DNA of 64,000 bases from an uncultured virus (IMG/VR IMGVR_UViG_3300020044_003647) (Duplodnaviria; Heunggongvirae; Uroviricota; Caudoviricetes): IMG/VR virus record IMGVR_UViG_3300020044_003647. One strand, given 5' to 3'. Below are positions 57,750 through 64,000 of the stretch, piece after piece (position 1 is the stretch's first letter; the number at the start of each line of letters is the position of its first letter). A program made the position numbers and the translations under genes. Below the pieces are notes generated by a model. That model did not search any database and was not told the origin of the DNA. It worked only from the letters and a program-made list of their open reading frames with translations.

Positions 57750-58955
57750 TTAATATACGTGATATATTCCTTGATTTGGTTTACCGATTAAATCCCATAC
57801 AGCATAACCTATTGCATCGAGTGCGTGATTGTAGTCATCTATTGGCGTTTGCGACTTCTTATCGTGCCAAACGTAGTTATTAATTTCTTTTATAATATTG
57901 ATGCTGTCAGGACTTATAATCAATTCATAATCTTGCATAAGTGCAACCCTATCAACTATTTTAGGCTTGTCAATTCCACGAATGTTTAACCCTCGACTTC
58001 TTAACTCCTCAATCAATCTCGGCTCGGCACTATCAGCAATTATCAAATCTCTATGTCCGCAGTATCGATTGTTTTCAATGTAGATTTCGCTTGTGGTTAA
58101 CTTTGGTTTGTAAAGTAATTCTTTGCAGAAAATCCTTTTGTTTGCTTTGTCGATTGATATTTTAACTAGCGTTGTAGGATCAACACTAAATCCAAAATCT
58201 TGACCGTATGCCGTGAGGTTTTGTTCTGCGAAGTTATCAATACGCCAGTTGGTAAATATAACACCCTCTGCTTTATCTAACCAACCGCCTAATATTTGAT
58301 GTTTGTATTTTTTAGGGTTGTTCTTTTCAATGCTTAACACTTCATCGATAAACGACTGGTCCAAGTGTTTAATGTTATCTCGGTAATCAGTATGAATATA
58401 AGTTACATCATCTTTAATTCCGTTAAACCTTTCGGGTATTCCTTTTGATTCAAAAAACCTTTGATAAATCCAATGCTCTTTTGTCGATGGATTCAATATT
58501 AGTATGATTCTATTCTGTTTACCCTTTTGCCTTATGGATAGGTTTATTTTATCAAATGTTGCCTCGTCTGTAAGTTCTTCAGCTTCATCTAATATCCACG
58601 TTGTAACGCCTTGTAATGATTTGAGGTTAGCTGTTTGATCGCCTGATGAAGTCTTTAAACCTCTAAATATAATTTCGCTCTTTGACTTCTTATTTATAAT
58701 CTCGGACTTTGTTACATCAAAAATCTCATTCGCTTGCATTAAATCTATCTTTTCCTGAAACTCAGGTATAATTGAAAGGTGCGCAGATGTCATTGTTTGG
58801 CGTGTAAATAGTATTTTATGATTTGCTTCAAACGACAAAAGGCTGGCAAAAGTGCCAACCCCGAAAGACTTTGCAGAACCACGCCCGCCAGTTATAATAT
58901 AATACCTCGTTTCATTTTGAAATAACGATTGGTATTTATGGTTTAAGATTATCAA
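57750..58955 (-). CDS. terL: Terminase large subunit (PBSX / Terminase_3-like)
   Basis: GGRGSAKS, LDEAEE, GQDFGF..DP, ADSAEP and NHALDA motifs. Confidence 0.9.
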   Translation of the reverse strand: MIILNHKYQSLFQNETRYYIITGGRGSAKSFGVGTFASLLSFEANHKILFTRQTMTSAHLSIIPEFQEKIDLMQANEIFDVTKSEIINKKSKSEIIFRGLKTSSGDQTANLKSLQGVTTWILDEAEELTDEATFDKINLSIRQKGKQNRIILILNPSTKEHWIYQRFFESKGIPERFNGIKDDVTYIHTDYRDNIKHLDQSFIDEVLSIEKNNPKKYKHQILGGWLDKAEGVIFTNWRIDNFAEQNLTAYGQDFGFSVDPTTLVKISIDKANKRIFCKELLYKPKLTTSEIYIENNRYCGHRDLIIADSAEPRLIEELRSRGLNIRGIDKPKIVDRVALMQDYELIISPDSINIIKEINNYVWHDKKSQTPIDDYNHALDAIGYAVWDLIGKPNQGIYHVY

Positions 58956-59229
58956 ATTGAATAACGTCTTTTATATTAAAATCGTTTAAAGTAACGTTTG
59001 TATTATTGTCGATGGTTTGTTTTGGCAAACTAAAGAAATATTTAAACCATAATTCAATAGCCCATTTTTCACCTGCTTTTATTGCTGTTTCCAAACACTT
59101 TAACGCATCAGGTAAGAATGGTTTTAAATTCTCATAAGCGTCTTGTAATTCTGTTTTAGTCAACAATCGTTTGTCATCAGGTCTTTGCGGTGCTGTACTA
59201 TGCCCTCCGTTGGTTGCTCTCTTATCCAT
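58936..59229 (-). CDS. Terminase small subunit (putative)
   Basis: Upstream of terL; NGGHST shared with copy A. Confidence 0.55.
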   Translation of the reverse strand: MDKRATNGGHSTAPQRPDDKRLLTKTELQDAYENLKPFLPDALKCLETAIKAGEKWAIELWFKYFFSLPKQTIDNNTNVTLNDFNIKDVIQFDNLKP

Positions 59230-59253
59230 AATTAATATAAATTAACCAATTAA

Positions 59254-59610
59254 TTATTCTGCCATCGCATTTTTTAAATCTTTCAACACATCACGCCAAC
59301 AACTTGAACACGTTGTATCAATAGTAAATCCGTAAACATCTTTATAAATGTTACTTAATTCTCTTTGTTGAATAGGGTAAATTTGTGTCGGTTGTGTTTC
59401 AAAGAATGTAGTTAAGTATTGACGTTGTTCATCTGTTAAACATTGTCTTACTCTTTTCCCAAAAGGGAATAATTGATTTAACTTCTCTTTGCGTTCTTCG
59501 CACCCGCAATCATCGCCTAGTATTGCTTTTGCTACTTTATCAATTCCAGTTGCTTGTGTAATGCTTTCAACTACATCGCCAAGTCCTTTAGGTTTTCTTC
59601 CTCTTTTCAT
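59254..59610 (-). CDS. Cys-containing hypothetical protein
   Basis: GLGD...DCGCEERKEKLN..F...CSSC. Confidence 0.7.
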   Translation of the reverse strand: MKRGRKPKGLGDVVESITQATGIDKVAKAILGDDCGCEERKEKLNQLFPFGKRVRQCLTDEQRQYLTTFFETQPTQIYPIQQRELSNIYKDVYGFTIDTTCSSCWRDVLKDLKNAMAE

Positions 59611-60029
59611 AATTCTATTTCGTGATTTTCATTTATAAAAATAAGTATTTTTTTATTGCAATTTTTAATAGTGTTGTAAATACTTGTTAAACTAATATTT
59701 ACTTCCTTTGCGATATCTCGCATTGACATTCCGTTGTTGATATAAAGAAGATATAACTTTCTGTCGTATGGATGCCACGTGTCAATATGTTGGTAAATTT
59801 CTTCAGTAATAAACTGTGTAGGCTCAATGTAATAACATTCTCTTTTTTCTTTTCTGAAATGATCTGCTATTGTATTTCGTAGCACAAAGTAAAATAGGGA
59901 TTCGTTTACCTTTTCTTTGTCTAGAATTTTAATGTATGAATCTTGTACAAAGTCCTCAGCTAAATCGTCTGCACCAAATGTTTTAGCGATGTTAATCCAT
60001 TTAGTATGCTGACTGAATATATGATTCAT
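59607..60029 (-). CDS. Phage ECF-like sigma factor / late activator
   Basis: AEDFVQDSYIK and an HTH (SMRDIAKEVNISLTSIY); TACCTTTG box upstream. Confidence 0.7.
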   Translation of the reverse strand: MNHIFSQHTKWINIAKTFGADDLAEDFVQDSYIKILDKEKVNESLFYFVLRNTIADHFRKEKRECYYIEPTQFITEEIYQHIDTWHPYDRKLYLLYINNGMSMRDIAKEVNISLTSIYNTIKNCNKKILIFINENHEIEL

Positions 60030-60053
60030 TTAAACAAAGGTAACGTTTTTATT

Positions 60054-60293
60054 TTAATTACATATTTTTTCTCCAGCTCTAAAAATACCTTGTTTGGTGA
60101 AATTCTTTTGTACTCCTGTACAATCATTTGCCATTACTCCAGAGGTAAAAATTTCTCCACTTGGCAAATTATAAGTTGTGCCTTGTAAAATTGTCGAACA
60201 TCTACAATCTGCTTGCGGTTGGTTTGTTGTGCTTTCTTCATCTGTTGAGCAACTAGATAACGCTATTGCTAGTAATAAAATTATTCGTTTCAT
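60054..60293 (-). CDS. Small lipoprotein
   Basis: Signal peptide identical to 26433..26669. Confidence 0.7.
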   Translation of the reverse strand: MKRIILLLAIALSSCSTDEESTTNQPQADCRCSTILQGTTYNLPSGEIFTSGVMANDCTGVQKNFTKQGIFRAGEKICN

Positions 60294-60305
60294 AATTCAA
60301 ATGTA

Positions 60306-60512
60306 TTAATTATTTTCTAATGTTTTACTTTTTATTCTTACCCGCACCCAGTCGGTAACATTTTGCTTTGGATCGAGGTCAATTATATCATCATAAATGG
60401 TGTTATCTAAATCGGATTTTCGGCAAATTTGCCTAGCATCGGCAAAGGTTAGGTTTTCTTGTAAAAGATAAAGTTGGAAGATTTTTTGATCTGTGGTCAG
60501 TACTGCAATCAT
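60306..60512 (-). CDS. Hypothetical protein
   Basis: Homologue of 26682..26891. Confidence 0.75.
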   Translation of the reverse strand: MIAVLTTDQKIFQLYLLQENLTFADARQICRKSDLDNTIYDDIIDLDPKQNVTDWVRVRIKSKTLENN

Positions 60513-60518
60513 AGTGTT

Positions 60519-60761
60519 TTATTTAATTGGTTTTAAATTCATTATTCTGTCATCAATATAGGGATCTAGCAAACCTTTATTTTCATACTGCAAAACTGCT
60601 AGATCTTTATTGTATTGAAATATGTCTTTGGATATTGCCGCAAGTTCGTATTTATTATCATTTAATCTAGCGTTATTCAAACTTTCAATAAATGAATTTC
60701 TTTCAACTAAATGCCTTTCATAACGATGACCTTTAGCTAACCAACAAGGTACGTGAATCAT
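60519..60761 (-). CDS. Hypothetical protein, possibly 5'-truncated at the junction
   Basis: ORF abuts the compositional break. Confidence 0.5.
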   Translation of the reverse strand: MIHVPCWLAKGHRYERHLVERNSFIESLNNARLNDNKYELAAISKDIFQYNKDLAVLQYENKGLLDPYIDDRIMNLKPIK

Positions 60762-60891
60762 TAAAAAAATTAAAGAAAAAATTATAAAAAAATATGGAAA
60801 AACAAGAAAACTACCAAATAGTTTAGAAGTTGAAAATAGTTTTTCAGCAGATTTTGTAAATACTCAAATAGATAATTTACAAGAATTATAA
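60760..60891 (+). CDS. 3' fragment of a gene from the unrelated sequence
   Basis: ..IKKIKEKIIKKYGKTRKLPNSLEVENSF..QEL*, with no start codon. Confidence 0.35.
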   Translation: MKKIKEKIIKKYGKTRKLPNSLEVENSFSADFVNTQIDNLQEL

Positions 60892-61055
60892 ATTTAATAA
60901 AAAAATTTAAAAATAAAAGTATATGAGATTATGATAAGATTTTTAAAGAATATTATAAGAATATAATACCATTAATTTAGTATTTTTTGATAAATCAACG
61001 ATTTTTAACAAATTCTCTTACTACTACCTGTGATTTTCTTTAAAAAATCTTTATA

Positions 61056-63998
61056 TTAGCCGCAATGATAGGTGACAGCAATGAAAGCAACTCTTAATTT
61101 ATTCCCATTAATATCTAACTCATCGATTTCGAAACATTTATAATATTGACTATCTAATTCAAAATTACAGTCCATAGTGGCTTTGGCTACTGTATAATTA
61201 TGAAGTATATCATCATCCTGACGCTCACCAAAACCAAGATAGTCACTACTTTGTATATAATCACCATTTTCAATATTAGAATTAGAATTAATAACGTACA
61301 TTGAGCCTTCACCGACAGAATTTACTATCATTCTTTCAGGTCTATTATTTCTTCTTCTTCTATCCCCTAAAACACCAAAAACTCTTTTGTCTTTCTTTTT
61401 TCTTGATAATTCTATTTTAGGTAAAGCATCTTCGATAGTTATTCCCGCTTTATCATATAATATTTCCCATTCAGTATTATTTTGAACTCCATTATCAGTT
61501 GTATCAGTTGCTATTTTACCATTTGATATTACAATTCTACCTTCATAATCATCCTTAAATTGTTGAGGTTGTTCTATATTAAATAATTCATCATCCGTAA
61601 ATACTCTATGAAATCCAGTAAATGTTCCTTGAATACAATATAAAACAGTATTGTTAATATCATTCACTGATGTATTTTCAATATTAATACCAGTTAAATC
61701 TCTATTAGTATTAGCGATTGTTATAAATTTACACTGTAATACGCCTTGTAATATTAAATTGCCTGAATTATCTAATCGCATCTTTTGAACTCCTTGATGA
61801 TTACGCCATTCGTGATTAATATCTAAAACATATTGACCGTATCCTTGGTAGTAAGTAATGCCATTATTACCGAAATATAATCTTTGATTATTATCACTTG
61901 AATAATTCCATACATCAGTTTTAAAATATAATGAATTAGTTAATAATACACTACCATTATAATCAATTGACATTCTTGAATTTGCTACTGATGCATTATA
62001 AGTAGTAGAATTATCAGCAGTATTATCTAAACAAAAATGTAATTTACTTCTTGAAAATGTTGATTGTCCTTGTGCTATAATAGCGCATTTAAGAGCGCTT
62101 CCACTTGAAAAAGGTGTTGCTAAATATAATATAGCACTATCAGATTCACTTGAACTTTTAATATTTAATGATGGTGTTGTAGCGCTTATTGTAGTATTAG
62201 TATAAATTGTTGTTGTTGTTGGTGATATTTGAACTTTTGTTCCATAAGTATTCATACCTAAATTAATATTGGTTGTATTTGTTGTTATTCCTAAATCCCC
62301 TGTTGGTTGATAAATAGTATTTCCAGTATCCCCACCATTAATTCTTAATCCATTAAAATAAGAGTATCCTGATGATGATGTAATTGGACCTGTGCTAGTA
62401 ATATTACCATTTTCATTTATAGTAAAAATATCACTTTGAGCGAAATTACGAAAATTGAAACCACCTGTTCCTGTATTACCTGAATGAAAATAAGTAGTTC
62501 CAACATCTCCAAAATATATTCTATCAATATTATCGCTTGACTTTATCCAATTATTTTTTAATACTGTTAATATTCCATTAATATTAGCATTACCATTTAC
62601 ATCTAATAAATATTGAGGATTAGTAGTTCCAATACCAACATTACCATTTGCTAAAATTATCATTCGTGGTACGCTTGTAGATGTATTAGTACCTGTATTC
62701 ACTACGAAAGCATTTGTTGTTTCTATAAATAAATTATTTTGATAATTACCTCCAAAAGTTGTTCCAGCGATACCAATATATCCATAATTTGTAGAATTAT
62801 TTTTAATTTGAATACAATTATTAGCAGAACTAATAGATGAATTAATATATAATTGATTATTTCCCGAGGTGGTATTTAGTATTAATTGTGTTCCTGTTAT
62901 TAAAACATTATTTCCAGAATTTATAATTATCGCAGCAGCACTACCACCACTTTGTAATATTAATTGATTTGCAGTTCTACTTCTTAAAATACAATCATTT
63001 GTAGATGCTGATGATGAAAAAGCACCAGCACTACCAGCCTCACCGAGTGCAGCACCAGTACCACCACCAAAGTAAAAAGCACTACTACTACCAGTCATTA
63101 TAAGGGATGCTGTCATAGTTCCACCAGATAATGGTAAATAATTATTAAATGTTGTTGATAATTCTGTTCCTTTATATATTAAACTTGTAGAAGTTGTAAT
63201 ATTAGGTGCTGTTAATACACCAGTAGTAGTGCCATTTGTTATTGGTAAATATGTGCTTGAAGCAGTTGTTATTGGTAAATAAGTGCTTGACGCGTTTGTT
63301 TGTGTTAAATATGTACTTGATGCTGTTGTTATTGGTAAATATGTACTTGAAGCAGTTGTTATTGGTAAATAAGTGCTTGACGCGTTTGTTTGTGTTAAAT
63401 ATGTACTTGATGCTGTTGTTATTGGTAAATATATACTTGATGCTGTTGTTGTTGATAAATATCCATAAGAATTTATTATATTTGTTAAAGAATTACTATT
63501 AATAAAATAATTGCTATTTATGATATTCTGATTATTTATGGATGTTATTCTTGCTGTTATAGTATCATATCCATAAGAATTTATTATATTTGTTAAAGAA
63601 TTACTATTAATATAAATATTTGCTGCTGTATTCGAAGTGATATATCCTGATAAATCAGGTTTATTTATTGTTATATTATTATAATTAATATCAGAAATAT
63701 TAGACCCAACTCCAAGTAATGGTGACGATATTGTCAATGTATCTTGTTTTGTTGATATAGTATTATAAAAAACATTTGAACTAATATATATATTATCAAT
63801 GTTAATAGAATTTTTAAAAATATTTGATGCGTTAAAAGTACCATTGACATCTAATTTATAAGAAGGAAATGATGAACCTATACCTACATTACCATTAAAT
63901 AATATTGATAATAATGGTGAAAAAGTATTAGTTCCTGTTAATGTTGCTAATGTATTTTGAATTAAACATGAACCTATATCGTATCTTAAAGAATTGCT
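61056..63998 (-). CDS. Long fibre-like virion protein, 5'-truncated by window edge
   Basis: The frame stays open to the window end. Contains NGNVGIG..P.Y.LDVNG repeats, 10-aa tandem repeats, and a C-terminal GEG..IENGDYIQSS..HNYTVAK..YHCG domain resembling an intramolecular-chaperone / autoproteolytic domain. Confidence 0.7.
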   Translation of the reverse strand, partial: SNSLRYDIGSCLIQNTLATLTGTNTFSPLLSILFNGNVGIGSSFPSYKLDVNGTFNASNIFKNSINIDNIYISSNVFYNTISTKQDTLTISSPLLGVGSNISDINYNNITINKPDLSGYITSNTAANIYINSNSLTNIINSYGYDTITARITSINNQNIINSNYFINSNSLTNIINSYGYLSTTTASSIYLPITTASSTYLTQTNASSTYLPITTASSTYLPITTASSTYLTQTNASSTYLPITTASSTYLPITNGTTTGVLTAPNITTSTSLIYKGTELSTTFNNYLPLSGGTMTASLIMTGSSSAFYFGGGTGAALGEAGSAGAFSSSASTNDCILRSRTANQLILQSGGSAAAIIINSGNNVLITGTQLILNTTSGNNQLYINSSISSANNCIQIKNNSTNYGYIGIAGTTFGGNYQNNLFIETTNAFVVNTGTNTSTSVPRMIILANGNVGIGTTNPQYLLDVNGNANINGILTVLKNNWIKSSDNIDRIYFGDVGTTYFHSGNTGTGGFNFRNFAQSDIFTINENGNITSTGPITSSSGYSYFNGLRINGGDTGNTIYQPTGDLGITTNTTNINLGMNTYGTKVQISPTTTTIYTNTTISATTPSLNIKSSSESDSAILYLATPFSSGSALKCAIIAQGQSTFSRSKLHFCLDNTADNSTTYNASVANSRMSIDYNGSVLLTNSLYFKTDVWNYSSDNNQRLYFGNNGITYYQGYGQYVLDINHEWRNHQGVQKMRLDNSGNLILQGVLQCKFITIANTNRDLTGINIENTSVNDINNTVLYCIQGTFTGFHRVFTDDELFNIEQPQQFKDDYEGRIVISNGKIATDTTDNGVQNNTEWEILYDKAGITIEDALPKIELSRKKKDKRVFGVLGDRRRRNNRPERMIVNSVGEGSMYVINSNSNIENGDYIQSSDYLGFGERQDDDILHNYTVAKATMDCNFELDSQYYKCFEIDELDINGNKLRVAFIAVTYHCG
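63232..63462 (-). repeat. About eight tandem 30-bp coding repeats (YLPITTASST / YLTQTNASST)
   Basis: Directly visible; includes a higher-order 90-bp duplication. Confidence 0.9.
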
Positions 63999-64000
63999 AG

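Larger units (their letters stand above)
30526..60760 (-). mobile_element. Second related tailed phage genome copy B
   Basis: Same gene order as copy A, with near-identical early genes and divergent structural genes. Confidence 0.85.

Noticed and set aside
1..60760. Integrated prophage interpretation
   Set aside because: I recognised no integrase, att repeats, CI-like repressor or flanking host genes.
63232..63462. Regular 30-bp repeats as a possible CRISPR array
   Set aside because: They are contiguous in-frame coding repeats with no unique spacers, and no cas genes are present.
455..63502. Numerous 60-110-aa plus-strand ORFs in the track (e.g. 455, 2726, 5995, 15264, 23174, 51177, 63236)
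   Set aside because: They are antisense shadows of well-supported minus-strand genes, usually with alternative starts. Where they recur in both copies, conservation of the real gene explains it.
1..64000. Stop-codon reassignment, tRNA or rRNA genes
   Set aside because: Genes are full length under the standard code and use TAA, TAG and TGA as stops. No tRNA or rRNA pattern was seen by eye; tRNAscan-SE would confirm.

Overview
Positions 1-~60,760 hold two related, fully syntenic Bacteroidota (Flavobacterium-like) tailed-phage genomes of about 30-34 kb each, head to tail. I call them unit A (~1-30.5 kb) and unit B (~30.5-60.7 kb). Position 1 is homologous to ~30,526, and nearly all genes are on the minus strand. 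The early, recombination and lysis genes are close homologues. The terminase, capsid, portal, sigma-like factor, replication-initiator N-terminus and accessory DNA-modification genes have been swapped. I recognise no integrase, CI-type repressor, tRNA or CRISPR. Having two diverged copies lets non-coding signals be compared directly. This shows (i) five promoter-proximal leader RNAs made of two hairpins with complementary, co-varying loops; (ii) an integron-cassette-like unit carrying a Mom-like gene, absent from the other copy; (iii) a conserved ~60-nt candidate sRNA antisense to early-gene start regions; (iv) a conserved -1 frameshift with a long dual-coding overlap; and (v) genome-specific late promoter motifs that track divergent phage sigma-like factors. 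From ~60,760 an unrelated, more AT-rich sequence begins. It encodes a fibre-like protein with tandem repeats, probably from another virus or contig. All functional calls come from motif recognition by eye; no searches were run.
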